A DNA stretch of 64,000 bases from Candidatus Omnitrophota bacterium (GTDB taxonomy: Bacteria > Omnitrophota > Gorgyraeia > Zapsychrales > Zapsychraceae): positions 329,552-393,551 of the forward strand of contig JAGQKV010000002.1 in NCBI GenBank assembly GCA_020429915.1. Direction: 5' to 3'. The translations under genes were made by a program, and so were the position numbers. The notes beneath the pieces were generated by a model. The model was not told where the DNA came from. It did no database searches and saw only the letters and a program-made list of their open reading frames with translations. Position 1 is the first letter of the stretch; each line of letters opens with the position of its first letter. Positions 54,049-63,805 of this stretch are shown in pieces.

Positions 54049-55035
54049 ATGCAAATCGGATCCATCAATATCGACCAGCCGGTCATGCTCGCTCCCATGG
54101 AGGACGTGACCGACCTTCCGTTCCGGGTCATCTGCCGCGAAATCGGCGCGGACGTGGTCTATACGGAGTTCACCAGCTCAGAAGCAATCATCCGCAACAT
54201 CCCCCGGGCGATCAACAAGATCGAGGTGTGCGATCAGGAACGGCCGGTGGCCATTCAGATCTTCGGCGGCGTGGAAGAAAACATGATGGACGCCGCGCGT
54301 ATGGCCGAAAGTCTGGGCCCTGATTTTATCGACATCAACTGCGGCTGCTGGGTTAAGAACCATGTCGCCCGCGGTCAAGGCGCGGCCCTTCTCAAGGATC
54401 TTCCCCATTTTGAAAAGATTGTGCGTTCCACCGTCAACGGCACAGACCTGCCTGTGACGGTCAAGACCCGCCTGGGTTGGGATGAGGACAACATTGTCAT
54501 CCTGGACGTCGCCCGGATGGTCGAGGACGCCGGTGCCAAGGCCCTAACCGTACACTGCCGGACCCGCAGCCAAGCCCACAACAAGGCCCCTGCCGAATGG
54601 AGTTGGCTGACAAAAATCAAGCAGGCCGTCTCCATTCCGATTGTTGGTAACGGCGACGTAACTTGTGCCGAAGACTGCCGGCGCATGCTGGAGACCGGCT
54701 GTGACGGAGTAATGATCGGCCGTGCCGCGATCGGTAATCCATGGATATTTCGCGAGTGCCGGCAGTACCTGGATACCGGGATCGTCCCTCTTCCGCCAAC
54801 CCTGAATGAGCGCATTGAAGTCTGCCTGCGTCACCTGAAGATGGCCGTGGAACTGAAAGGTCTCCGGGGCGGCTTGAAACCCTTCCGCAAATTCTACGCC
54901 GGCTATCTGCACGGCCTGCCGAATGCGGCGAAACTCCGCGGTGAGCTGATGCGGCTGGACAGCTACCAGGAAATTTCCGACCGCCTCTACCGTTTTCTGG
55001 ATGAAAGCGCCGCTTGCCAAGCCTGTTGGGTTTGA
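54049..55035 (+). CDS. dusB: tRNA-dihydrouridine synthase (DusB-like)
   Basis: Start at internal ATG (MQIGSINIDQPVMLAPMEDVTDLPFRVICRE); FMN-binding TIM-barrel motifs; C-terminal helical domain. Confidence 0.9.
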   Translation: MQIGSINIDQPVMLAPMEDVTDLPFRVICREIGADVVYTEFTSSEAIIRNIPRAINKIEVCDQERPVAIQIFGGVEENMMDAARMAESLGPDFIDINCGCWVKNHVARGQGAALLKDLPHFEKIVRSTVNGTDLPVTVKTRLGWDEDNIVILDVARMVEDAGAKALTVHCRTRSQAHNKAPAEWSWLTKIKQAVSIPIVGNGDVTCAEDCRRMLETGCDGVMIGRAAIGNPWIFRECRQYLDTGIVPLPPTLNERIEVCLRHLKMAVELKGLRGGLKPFRKFYAGYLHGLPNAAKLRGELMRLDSYQEISDRLYRFLDESAACQACWV

Positions 55036-55041
55036 TTTTGG

Positions 55042-55069
55042 TTGCATTTCCAATCCGGCTTGTTACAAT
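55042..55069 (+). promoter_or_regulatory. Candidate sigma70 promoter TTGCAT-N16-TACAAT upstream of the oxidoreductase-ABC transporter unit
   Basis: Followed by the short inverted repeat ATGAC-agac-GTCAT. Confidence 0.4.
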
Positions 55070-55121
55070 GACAGACGTCATCAATACATAATCAGCAGCG
55101 CCAAGATATTTCTAATTTCGA

Positions 55122-56522
55122 ATGAAACAGTATGACGTCATCGTTATCGGTTCGGGCGGGGGATCGAAAATCACGACCCCGGCCTCAAAGCTCGGACTGA
55201 AAGTCGCCGTAATCGAAAAAGACCGATTGGGCGGCACCTGCCTCAACCGGGGATGCATACCCTCAAAGATGTTGATCCATCCAGCCGACGTGGCCCAGGA
55301 AATCCGCGACGCGGCGCGCTTCGATATCCACAACAATCCCAACTTTACCGTCGATTTCAATAAGCTCGTCACACGCATTTCCAATACCGTCGACGCCGAT
55401 TCCTACGGAATATCGGCCGGTTACGGAAAGAATCCCAACATTGACTTTTATCACGGCACGGCGCGTTTCACCGCCGACAAAATCATAGCCGTTAACGGTG
55501 AGGAACTCACCGCCGACAAGATCTTTGTGGCCGTCGGTTCAAGACCGGGGATCCCCGACATCCAGGGGATTACCGAAACTCCCTACTGGACAAGTACCGA
55601 GGCCCTGCGAAACACCGCGTTGCCGCGTAAAATGACGATCATCGGCGCCAGCTACATCGCTGTCGAGCTCGGACATGCCTACGGCGCTCTGGGAACGGAA
55701 GTACATTTTCTGGTGCGTTCGCGTTTTCTCCGCCAGGAGGATCAGGAAACGGCGGCCGAATTTTCCCGCGTTTTTGCGCAGCGGTATGACTGTCACTTCG
55801 GAGCCGTGCCAGAGAGAGTGGAACATCGCAACGGCCGGTTCCGCGTGGCGTACCAACAGGACGGGGATTCCAAAACCATGATGTCCGACGCGCTACTTAT
55901 CGCCACCGGAGTTGTCCCGAATACCGATACGCTGGACCTTCACAATACCAGCATGGAATTGACGGACGAAGGGTATATCCGGGTTGACGATTACCTCTGC
56001 ACCAGCATCCCCGGGGTATACGCCATGGGCGACTGCATCGGACGGCATTTTTTCCGCCACACCGTTAATTTTGAAGGAGAATATCTCTTTCGTTCCGTGT
56101 TCAAGGAGTCCGACCCGAAACCTTTGCGATACCGCCCGGTCCCCCATGCGATTTTCTCCAATCCGCAGGTGGCCGGTGTCGGCAAGACCGAGGAAGAACT
56201 GAAGGCCGAAGGCGTCGAATACGTGGCTGCCGTCAATCCGTACAAAAAAAGCGCCATGGGAATGGCCTTGCTGTCGGACCACGGTTTTTGTAAACTGTTG
56301 CTTTGTGCGCGGACCCGAAAGATTCTGGGAGCTCACATCGTCGGCCCGGAAGCATCGAATATGCTCCACATGATTATCGCCTTTATGAACAAAGACGGCA
56401 CCCTGGACGATCTGCTCAACATGATCTACATCCATCCCGCCCTACCCGAGATCGTTCGCAATACGGCCCGCAACGCCCAGGCCGAGTTCGACAAAAGAGT
56501 AGCCCAAACCGTGAGCGGTTAA
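55122..56522 (+). CDS. FAD-dependent pyridine nucleotide-disulfide oxidoreductase (class I; dihydrolipoamide dehydrogenase / glutathione-mycothione reductase-like)
   Basis: 466 aa; GSGGGS FAD motif, redox-active disulfide GGTCLNRGCIPSK, C-terminal HPALPE dimerisation-domain His. Confidence 0.85.
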   Translation: MKQYDVIVIGSGGGSKITTPASKLGLKVAVIEKDRLGGTCLNRGCIPSKMLIHPADVAQEIRDAARFDIHNNPNFTVDFNKLVTRISNTVDADSYGISAGYGKNPNIDFYHGTARFTADKIIAVNGEELTADKIFVAVGSRPGIPDIQGITETPYWTSTEALRNTALPRKMTIIGASYIAVELGHAYGALGTEVHFLVRSRFLRQEDQETAAEFSRVFAQRYDCHFGAVPERVEHRNGRFRVAYQQDGDSKTMMSDALLIATGVVPNTDTLDLHNTSMELTDEGYIRVDDYLCTSIPGVYAMGDCIGRHFFRHTVNFEGEYLFRSVFKESDPKPLRYRPVPHAIFSNPQVAGVGKTEEELKAEGVEYVAAVNPYKKSAMGMALLSDHGFCKLLLCARTRKILGAHIVGPEASNMLHMIIAFMNKDGTLDDLLNMIYIHPALPEIVRNTARNAQAEFDKRVAQTVSG

Positions 56523-56525
56523 TCC

Positions 56526-57254
56526 ATGCGCGACTCCAAGCACGCCATCGAAATCGATCAACTGACCAAATATTACGGCAATCAGCAGGCCTTGCAAAAT
56601 GTCACCCTGCGGGTTCGGCGCGGGGATTTTTTCGCCTTTCTCGGCCCCAACGGCGCCGGCAAAACCACAACGATCAATGTGCTCACCGGCCTGTCCAATT
56701 TTCAAGGCGGACACGCCAAGATCTTCGGGTACGATACCCGCCGGGAATATCTCTTCGCCCGCCGGCTGGTCGGACTGTGCGCGCAGGAATTCAATTTCGA
56801 TCCTTTTCTCAAAATCCGTGACTTACTGGTTTTTCAAGCCGGTTATTTCGGGATCCTCCCGCCTAAGGCGGCGCGCCGGGCCGACGAACTCCTGAAGCGC
56901 TTTAATCTGTACGATAAACGCAACGTCAAACACCGGGCCCTCTCGGGCGGGATGAAAAAACGCCTGCTGTTGTGCCGCGCCCTTATCCATGATCCGGAAA
57001 TCATCATCCTGGATGAACCGACAGCCGGCTGCGATTTGGAATTGAAATTTCAGATTTGGGACTACCTTAAACAACTCAACGATGAAGGCAAAACCGTCTT
57101 TCTCACTACGCATTATATGGAAGAAGCGGAAAAACTTTGCAAAACCATCGGCATCATTAACCACGGACAAATCGTCCGCATCGGTGAGAAAAAGAGCATC
57201 CTCCAGGATAAATCCCTACAGGATGTGTTTATGGAAGTGACGGGACTCGAATGA
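56526..57254 (+). CDS. ABC transporter ATP-binding protein (ABC-2 type)
   Basis: 242 aa; Walker A GPNGAGKTT, signature LSGGMKKRL, Walker B IIILDEPT. Confidence 0.9.
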   Translation: MRDSKHAIEIDQLTKYYGNQQALQNVTLRVRRGDFFAFLGPNGAGKTTTINVLTGLSNFQGGHAKIFGYDTRREYLFARRLVGLCAQEFNFDPFLKIRDLLVFQAGYFGILPPKAARRADELLKRFNLYDKRNVKHRALSGGMKKRLLLCRALIHDPEIIILDEPTAGCDLELKFQIWDYLKQLNDEGKTVFLTTHYMEEAEKLCKTIGIINHGQIVRIGEKKSILQDKSLQDVFMEVTGLE

Positions 57255-58021
57255 TTACGAATCCGATCGGCACCGCCTCGCTGGCCAAACGCGAGATATT
57301 CCGCTTTCTGTCGGTTTCCACCCAAAGCGTTTTTCCGCCGGTGCTCACTTCCACGCTGTTTATCTTCGTTTTCGGTGTAGCATTGGGCAACCGGATCGAT
57401 TTCAGCTCAACGGGATTGACCTACCTTACTTTCATCGTCCCCGGGTTGATGACAATGCACCTGATTTCCACTTCTTATGAAAACACCTCATTTTCCCTGT
57501 TCTTAGGCCGCTGGCACAATCACATTCAGGAGATCCTGCTTTCGCCGTTGTCGTATTTAGAAATGGTCCTCGGCCTCTTGGCCGGCGGGGTGATGCGGGG
57601 CGTGATGGTTTGCACCGGAATTTATCTGGTATCGCTAATTTTCGGGAACATCCCGGCGCTGCATCCGATGCTGCTGCTTTATTTCATGGTCATGATTTCC
57701 GTCATTTTCTCATGCGTGGGCATGATCGCCGCGTTGTGGGCGGAAGATTTCAATATGCTCAACATGTGGAATATCTATATCATCTTCCCGTTGGTCCTCC
57801 TCGGCGGAGTCTTTCATCCGATCCACCTTCTCCCCGCGCTCGTTCAGGACATCTCCAAATTCAATCCGATGTTCTACCTCGTCCAGGGCATGCGGTTCAG
57901 CGTCACCGGCGTATCCGACATTTCGGTACTGATCAGCGCGCTGGTGACCTTGGGCATGGCACTCCTCTTCTTTCTGATCAGCGTCTGGCTTTTCAAAATC
58001 GGCTACAAATTACGCACCTGA
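57251..58021 (+). CDS. ABC-2 family transporter permease
   Basis: 256 aa; six TM helices; 4-nt overlap with the ATPase gene. Confidence 0.8.
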   Translation: MITNPIGTASLAKREIFRFLSVSTQSVFPPVLTSTLFIFVFGVALGNRIDFSSTGLTYLTFIVPGLMTMHLISTSYENTSFSLFLGRWHNHIQEILLSPLSYLEMVLGLLAGGVMRGVMVCTGIYLVSLIFGNIPALHPMLLLYFMVMISVIFSCVGMIAALWAEDFNMLNMWNIYIIFPLVLLGGVFHPIHLLPALVQDISKFNPMFYLVQGMRFSVTGVSDISVLISALVTLGMALLFFLISVWLFKIGYKLRT

Positions 58022-58309
58022 CTTTTCCCATTCGGCGGGAGTGTGCGCGCTGATACCCAAGGCGTGTATTTGCGCCCGGAGCGGCACGACAGCGCGATAC
58101 ACCAGGCGATGGCGGGCGACGGAATTCTCCCCTTCAAAAAGATCACTGACCACGGTCACCAGATAATGTCCGCCGCCGGATTCGCGGGCTCCGGCGTGAT
58201 GGGCATGCTGTGCGGTTAGGTCATCCACGTGAACATGGGACGCCGCCAGCTCACTTCGCAGCAGCTGCTCGATCCGGGTCTTCAATGTGGGCGGGTAAGC
58301 GTTTGTCAA
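58010..58309 (-). CDS. BolA-family protein
   Basis: 99 aa; conserved BolA-family C-terminal motif HALGISAHTP. Confidence 0.8.
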   Translation of the reverse strand: MTNAYPPTLKTRIEQLLRSELAASHVHVDDLTAQHAHHAGARESGGGHYLVTVVSDLFEGENSVARHRLVYRAVVPLRAQIHALGISAHTPAEWEKSGA

Positions 58310-59609
58310 ACGGGGCCATCCAATCCAGGAAACTTTGCGATGTGCGGATTTGAGTTAAGTCCGTTTCGGGTGATATTTTGAGCTGATATTCCCGGCCGTT
58401 GATCGAATGCCAATTTTCGGCATAAACCTTGGCTCCCGGAATCCCCGAGCGCCGCGCCAAGTAGTGCGCAAACTGCAAAATGAATCGGGGGCGGGTCTTC
58501 ATCACGATAAATTGGCGGAAATTAATCAAGCCTTCCTCCGGCTTAATTTTCTCACCCGTGCGCGGATCGACGATATACATCTTCAGATTCGCCCGCTCCC
58601 GTTTGAGAATCATGCGCCAGGCAAAATGTTCTCCCTGCGATGTCCAGAATATATCCCCGGGGTACAGATGATGCCTCAGCGGCAACGCGATCTGGACCGC
58701 CGCGTACAATCCGAGAAGAATCGGCACCCAGCACCGCTGCCGGGCCGTCGGATCCGTCGATTCGGGTGTGGACACCTTGCAATAATATTTCAGAAAACGA
58801 TTTCGCGTAGGCCAGTCCGAGTTGAAGAACACGACCAAAGAGAACATCATCAAAAAGGGAAATATCAAAATGTTCGGAAAAATCAGGTGATTGCAACTGT
58901 GAAAGAAAATGGAGACCAGCGCGGCGTATTTGCGCGTGGCGCGATTAATCAAGAAAAAAGGCACCAGCAAATCAAACATTGCCCCGCCATAGATCATCAA
59001 ATAAATAAACACGTCAAGGCCGTACAGCGGCGACAATACCCCCCCTTTGCCCGCCGCCGCTCCGGCCCGCAGCAGGTGCCGGACCGGTTCACCGTACCAC
59101 CAGTCCCAGTTGAGCTTCGCAAGCCCCGCATAGAAATACACCACACAAAACTGAAAACGGATCAGATAAACGTGCCAACTGAAACACGGAACCGTCCGCT
59201 CTGGCGCCCGGAAGACAAAGCAATAGTTGGCCGGCGTAAACCATAACAACATCCCGGTGAGAAAGGTCAGATAGTAATGATTTTTATAATAGGCCGCATC
59301 GATCAGGAAGGTGTAGAGGTACAGACAGAGGAAGGCGCCCAGACAGGTTCGGAAACGGATTCCGAGCAATATCCCAACGGCCAGCACCGCCATCAGCCCG
59401 TGAACAACATACATCCCGGCCCCCGGCAACGGATGTATCCAGGAAAGTCCCGGGTAGGAGAAGTGAAACTCGGGCTCAATAAAATTGACGGCGATATGGG
59501 GCCACTGATCCCATAAGTGCACCAGCAGGATAACCCCGTACAACAGACGGAACAACCCCAACGCGGCTGGATGTGCCGGCCGGAACAAAAATTCGTGTAT
59601 GGTCTTCAT
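58251..59609 (-). CDS. HTTM-domain (vitamin K-dependent gamma-carboxylase-like) integral membrane protein
   Basis: 452 aa; N-terminal LGLFRLLYGVILLVHLW pattern and multi-TM HTTM domain, ~120-aa C-terminal soluble domain; its 3' end overlaps the BolA start by 59 nt in a different frame. Confidence 0.7.
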   Translation of the reverse strand: MKTIHEFLFRPAHPAALGLFRLLYGVILLVHLWDQWPHIAVNFIEPEFHFSYPGLSWIHPLPGAGMYVVHGLMAVLAVGILLGIRFRTCLGAFLCLYLYTFLIDAAYYKNHYYLTFLTGMLLWFTPANYCFVFRAPERTVPCFSWHVYLIRFQFCVVYFYAGLAKLNWDWWYGEPVRHLLRAGAAAGKGGVLSPLYGLDVFIYLMIYGGAMFDLLVPFFLINRATRKYAALVSIFFHSCNHLIFPNILIFPFLMMFSLVVFFNSDWPTRNRFLKYYCKVSTPESTDPTARQRCWVPILLGLYAAVQIALPLRHHLYPGDIFWTSQGEHFAWRMILKRERANLKMYIVDPRTGEKIKPEEGLINFRQFIVMKTRPRFILQFAHYLARRSGIPGAKVYAENWHSINGREYQLKISPETDLTQIRTSQSFLDWMAPFDKRLPAHIEDPDRAAAAK

Positions 59610-59699
59610 CTTGCCCCAAAAAGGTTTCGATTTCCGATGGTAATTAGTGTAACATAATCACATATCATTCAAACCAAAATATCAAAATAAGATACTCGT

Positions 59700-60926
59700 A
59701 TGCGATTAAGTTTGAATGCGCAAATCTTGACCGGGGCTCTCGCCGGGGTTGCCTTCGGATTTCTCCTAAACTGGCAAGGAACTCAGTCCGGTTGGTCCGC
59801 GACCAGCCTCCAGGTGTGCGGAACGGGCGGAAAACTCTTTGTTTCCCTGTTAAAAATGATCCTGATCCCGCTGGTCTTTACCTCCATCGCGGTCGGGATC
59901 GCCAACCTCCGGGCTCACGCGCAAATGCAACGGGTTTGGAAACTCGCCCTGCTCTACTACGTCTCAACCACCATGTTGGCGGTTTTGCTCGGCCTGACCG
60001 TGGTAAATATATTCCGTCCCGGCGAGGGCATTGAGATCGGCATGTTCCAGGAAGCCATGTCTCACTCCAGCATCCAGCAGCTCACCGTCGGAGAATTTAT
60101 CAAGAATTTTCTCGCCAATCTTTTTATCAATCCCATTCAGGCCATGGCCGAGGGCCAGGTGCTTCCCACCATAATCTTTGCGATGTTCCTCGGTATCGCG
60201 TTGGTCGTCATGGGCGACAAGGCCGGCACGACCCTTAACCTCCTGAATGAACTCTTTGAACTGATTATGCTGATCGTCAACTGGATCATGGTCATCCTGC
60301 CGGTGGGGATTTTCTGTCTGCTGACCAAGCTGGTCGCCACCCAGGACCCCTCCCTGTTCGCCGCCCTGGGAAAATTCATGCTGGTGGTCATCGGGGCCAC
60401 GCTCTTTCACGGCTTTGTCACGCTTCCGGTATTGCTGATCGTCTTTACGCAGATCAAGCCCCTGGACTATTATCGAGGGGTCCGGGAGGCCCTGGTTACG
60501 GCCCTGTCAACCAGTTCGTCTTCAGCCACCCTCCCTATCACCTACCGCTGTCTCGAAGAAAACCTTGAGGCGGATAAGGATGTGGCCGGCTTTGTCCTGC
60601 CGTTGGGGGCCACAATTAATATGGACGGCACGGCGATGTACGAGGCCGTGGCGGCTATCTTCGTGGCCAATCTGGTCGGCGTTGATCTGCATCTCGGTCA
60701 GCAGCTCATGGTGTTTTTCATGGCTATCCTGGCCTCGGTGGGGGCGCCGGGCATCCCCAGCGCGGGGATGGTGACCATGGTCATGGTCCTCCAATCAGTT
60801 GGGCTGCCGGCCGAAGCCATCGCCATTTTGCTCCCCATCGACCGGCTGTTGGATGCGATCCGCACCATGGTCAACGTCAAAGGCGACACCATCGGCACCC
60901 TCATCGTGGATCAACACACCGCATAA
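59700..60926 (+). CDS. Dicarboxylate/amino acid:cation symporter (DAACS; GltP/SstT-like)
   Basis: 408 aa; ~8 TM helices plus re-entrant loops; conserved NMDGTA / PxGxSxP-type motifs (ATINMDGTAMYE, GAPGIPSAGMVTM). Confidence 0.88.
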   Translation: MRLSLNAQILTGALAGVAFGFLLNWQGTQSGWSATSLQVCGTGGKLFVSLLKMILIPLVFTSIAVGIANLRAHAQMQRVWKLALLYYVSTTMLAVLLGLTVVNIFRPGEGIEIGMFQEAMSHSSIQQLTVGEFIKNFLANLFINPIQAMAEGQVLPTIIFAMFLGIALVVMGDKAGTTLNLLNELFELIMLIVNWIMVILPVGIFCLLTKLVATQDPSLFAALGKFMLVVIGATLFHGFVTLPVLLIVFTQIKPLDYYRGVREALVTALSTSSSSATLPITYRCLEENLEADKDVAGFVLPLGATINMDGTAMYEAVAAIFVANLVGVDLHLGQQLMVFFMAILASVGAPGIPSAGMVTMVMVLQSVGLPAEAIAILLPIDRLLDAIRTMVNVKGDTIGTLIVDQHTA

Positions 60927-60940
60927 ACTCAAATAAAAAC

Positions 60941-60984
60941 TGGACACTCCCTGCAAAATGGGACATAATACCCACAAATTATGT
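60941..60984 (+). promoter_or_regulatory. Candidate sigma70 promoter TGGACA-N17-CATAAT with an overlapping inverted repeat ACATAAT-N8-ATTATGT (operator-like) upstream of the gshA-like-gshB-grx-bolA-grxD operon
   Basis: The inverted-repeat arms are perfect 7-mers, one covering the -10 hexamer. Confidence 0.4.
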
Positions 60985-61004
60985 GTATATAAACGTATTT
61001 GCTT

Positions 61005-62294
61005 ATGAATCCCATTCAAACAACAGCAACCATGTCCCCCGCGATGTCCTCTCTGATCGGCCGAATCCAGGCGAAACAAGCGCTGATCCACAAGTGGCTC
61101 ACCTCTTATGAAGGCTCCAAGGAACTCCCGATCTACTCTTCGGTCGATATACGCGAATCCGGATTCAAGATGGCCGTGGTGGACACTAATATTTTTCCGG
61201 CCGGCTTCAATAATCTGTGCGAACACGGTCAGGCCGATGCGGTGCGCTATATTAAACAAGCCATCGAGCGGCGCGTGGCCGGTTGCCGTAACATCCTGAT
61301 CGTGGCGGAGGAACACACGCGCAACACATGGTATCTCGAGAATATCCGCATCTTGCAGGAGATCACCGAGAAAGCCGGCTTCAACGTCAAGATCGCCACC
61401 TTTCTTACGATCCAACCCGACTTTTGCGAAAAGACGCGTTTCGTCGAACTGGAAACGGCCACCGGCCATCCGGTCCGCGTTCATTGCTTTCGAAAGATTC
61501 TGCAAGATTATGAAGCGGGTCGCGAAAGCTTCTGTTTGATTATTCTCAATAACGATCTGAGTACCGGCATTCCGGATATCCTTAAAGAGGCCAATGTCCC
61601 GATCTATCCCTCCATTGCCGCCGGCTGGCACTCACGGTTAAAGTCGCATCATTTTGCGCACACGGCTGACCTCATGAAGGAATTTGCCGCCATCATCGAT
61701 GTCGATCCGTGGCTGTTGACGTGTCAGTTCCAGGAAGTCAGCCCCATCGACATCAATGTAGAATCCGACCGGCACCGCTTGGCAGACGCCGCCGCCGGGC
61801 TGTTTGCGGATATCGCTAGAAAATATCGTGAGCACCACATCAATGAAAAACCCTACATTGTCCTGAAAAGCAATTCCGGTACCTACGGCATGGGTGTCAT
61901 GGCGATTGAAGATGCCGCCGATATTTTGCATTTGAACCGCAAAAAGCGCAATTCCATGTCCGTCGGCAAGAGCTCGCAGGCCATCTCCCAATTTCTGCTC
62001 CAGGAGGGCGTCCCGACCATATACAATGTGGCGCAACAGGTCAGTGAGGTTGTGATTTATCAAATCGAAAACAATCTCATCGGCGGTTTTTACCGCATGC
62101 ACGGTTCCAAGGGGCAGCGGGACAATCTCAACTCTAAAGGAATGAGTTTTCAAACCATCTGCCCGCACTCGGCAAAATACGGCGACTGCGTGGCGCATCC
62201 CGATATCAATATGTTTGACGTGTACCGCATTCTCGCCCGGATCGCCGGGATCGCCGCACACCGGGAGATTATACAGCTCAAATCGAAGGCCTAA
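61005..62294 (+). CDS. Putative glutamate-cysteine ligase (bacterial GshA-type, non-E. coli family), assigned mainly by context
   Basis: ~430 aa; immediately upstream of gshB (9-nt gap with a GAGGTG SD); size and composition fit the ~430-aa bacterial glutamate-cysteine ligase family. Start taken at the first ATG (the track uses a TTG 6 nt earlier). Confidence 0.45.
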   Translation: MNPIQTTATMSPAMSSLIGRIQAKQALIHKWLTSYEGSKELPIYSSVDIRESGFKMAVVDTNIFPAGFNNLCEHGQADAVRYIKQAIERRVAGCRNILIVAEEHTRNTWYLENIRILQEITEKAGFNVKIATFLTIQPDFCEKTRFVELETATGHPVRVHCFRKILQDYEAGRESFCLIILNNDLSTGIPDILKEANVPIYPSIAAGWHSRLKSHHFAHTADLMKEFAAIIDVDPWLLTCQFQEVSPIDINVESDRHRLADAAAGLFADIARKYREHHINEKPYIVLKSNSGTYGMGVMAIEDAADILHLNRKKRNSMSVGKSSQAISQFLLQEGVPTIYNVAQQVSEVVIYQIENNLIGGFYRMHGSKGQRDNLNSKGMSFQTICPHSAKYGDCVAHPDINMFDVYRILARIAGIAAHREIIQLKSKA

Positions 62295-62303
62295 AACCGC
62301 GAG

Positions 62304-63266
62304 GTGACTATGAATTTTGTCTTTCTGGTAGACAAGTATGAGCAGTGGGACATCGATAAGGATACATCCTTCTGTTTCATGTTAGGTGCCGCCCGGCGCG
62401 GCCATGCGGTGTACATCCTCAACGAAGGCGGCATTACCCGTAAGAACGGACGGATCCTGATGTGCGTCAACCGGATTACCCCGCAACGTGATCCGGCTAA
62501 TCCGTTCGGAGAAGTCACCGGATTGATCCTGACGGAAGGGCAAATCGATGCCGTCTTTATCCGGACCGATCCTCCCTTTGATGAAACGTACTTGATGCAA
62601 ACATGGATGCTCGACCTGCTCCCCAAACACATTCCGGTCATTAATGAACCCTCGGGCCTGCGCGAATGCAACGAAAAAATCTGGGCGACCCAGTTTCCTG
62701 AACTCATGCCGCCCACACTGGTTTCACAGCAAGAAAACGAGATCCTGCAGTTTATCGATGAAAACGAATTGGTGGTCGCCAAACCGGTCAACGGATTCGG
62801 GGGCCAAGGTATCATCCGCCTGTCGAACACCAATTATGTGGAGGAAAGCCTCATCAAACTCACGCGCCGTTGGTCACAGGAAATTATTGTGCAGAAGTAT
62901 ATTCCCGAGGCGGAGCAAGGCGACAAACGCATCCTTCTGCTCAACGGCGAACCGATCGGTGCGGTTCTGAGGGTCCACGGCCCCCACGATTTTCGCAATA
63001 ATTTCATGTCCGGCGGATCCGCCCATCCCGCCGAGATTACACTGCACGAACTGGACATCTGCCAAACGCTCAAACCGCATCTCCAGGAAAAAGGACTCTA
63101 CTTTGTCGGGATTGATGTCATCGGCCCTTATCTGACGGAAGTCAACGTAACCTCTCCCACCTGCGTGCAGGAAATCAACAAGCTGAATAACGTGCAACTG
63201 GAAGACCAGGTGATCGACTTCACCGAAAAACTTATTGACCAATTCCGGTCTCCCAGTACAATATGA
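62304..63266 (+). CDS. gshB: Glutathione synthetase (prokaryotic ATP-grasp type)
   Basis: 320 aa; collinear similarity to E. coli GshB (DSSF, RKDPPFD, LRDCNEK, KPLDGMGG-like, DGDKRIL, EINVTSPTC). Confidence 0.9.
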   Translation: MTMNFVFLVDKYEQWDIDKDTSFCFMLGAARRGHAVYILNEGGITRKNGRILMCVNRITPQRDPANPFGEVTGLILTEGQIDAVFIRTDPPFDETYLMQTWMLDLLPKHIPVINEPSGLRECNEKIWATQFPELMPPTLVSQQENEILQFIDENELVVAKPVNGFGGQGIIRLSNTNYVEESLIKLTRRWSQEIIVQKYIPEAEQGDKRILLLNGEPIGAVLRVHGPHDFRNNFMSGGSAHPAEITLHELDICQTLKPHLQEKGLYFVGIDVIGPYLTEVNVTSPTCVQEINKLNNVQLEDQVIDFTEKLIDQFRSPSTI

Positions 63267-63294
63267 GCGGTTATCCCGAGGAAAGGACGCTTGT

Positions 63295-63534
63295 ATGCCC
63301 AATCTGAATCTCTACTACTTGGAGACGTGTCCCTACTGCCGTAAAGTCCTCCATTTCATGGATGAAAACGGCATCCAACTGGGAATGAAAAACGCATCCG
63401 CGCATCCGGAACTGCGCGCCGAGCTCAGCGCAAAGGGCGGCCGCTCCCAGTTCCCGGCTCTTGAAATCGACGGTGAGATCATGTACGAATCCGATGACAT
63501 CATCGTCTGGCTCAAGGAGAATTACTCCCAATGA
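63295..63534 (+). CDS. Glutaredoxin (dithiol, CPYC active site)
   Basis: Start at internal ATG (MPNLNLYYLETCPYCRKV...) with an AGGA SD; 79 aa. Confidence 0.88.
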   Translation: MPNLNLYYLETCPYCRKVLHFMDENGIQLGMKNASAHPELRAELSAKGGRSQFPALEIDGEIMYESDDIIVWLKENYSQ

Positions 63535-63791
63535 CACTCGATCAAATCAAACGCATCATCGAAGAACATGTGCCTGACTGCCGGGCCATCGTGCTGGACC
63601 CGTACAATGACGGAGAACACCTGCAGGCGCTGGTCATATCACCGGAGTTTGAAGGAAAAATGTTGGTCAAACAGCATCAAATGGTTATGAAACCCCTCAA
63701 AGAAGCCTTTGCGACCACCGTACACGCGCTCGGACTGAAGACGTTTACACCGTCGGAGTGGGAAAAAGTACGGCAGGATTTTGGGTATTGA
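63531..63791 (+). CDS. BolA-family protein
   Basis: 86 aa; HALGLKTFTP BolA motif; 4-nt overlap with grx. Confidence 0.85.
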   Translation: MTLDQIKRIIEEHVPDCRAIVLDPYNDGEHLQALVISPEFEGKMLVKQHQMVMKPLKEAFATTVHALGLKTFTPSEWEKVRQDFGY

Positions 63792-63805
63792 ACAAGGAGA
63801 ATATT

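Noticed and set aside
60795-61631. 278-aa minus-strand ORF
   Set aside because: It overlaps the symporter 3' end, the promoter region and the gshA-like 5' end on the opposite strand; no motifs.
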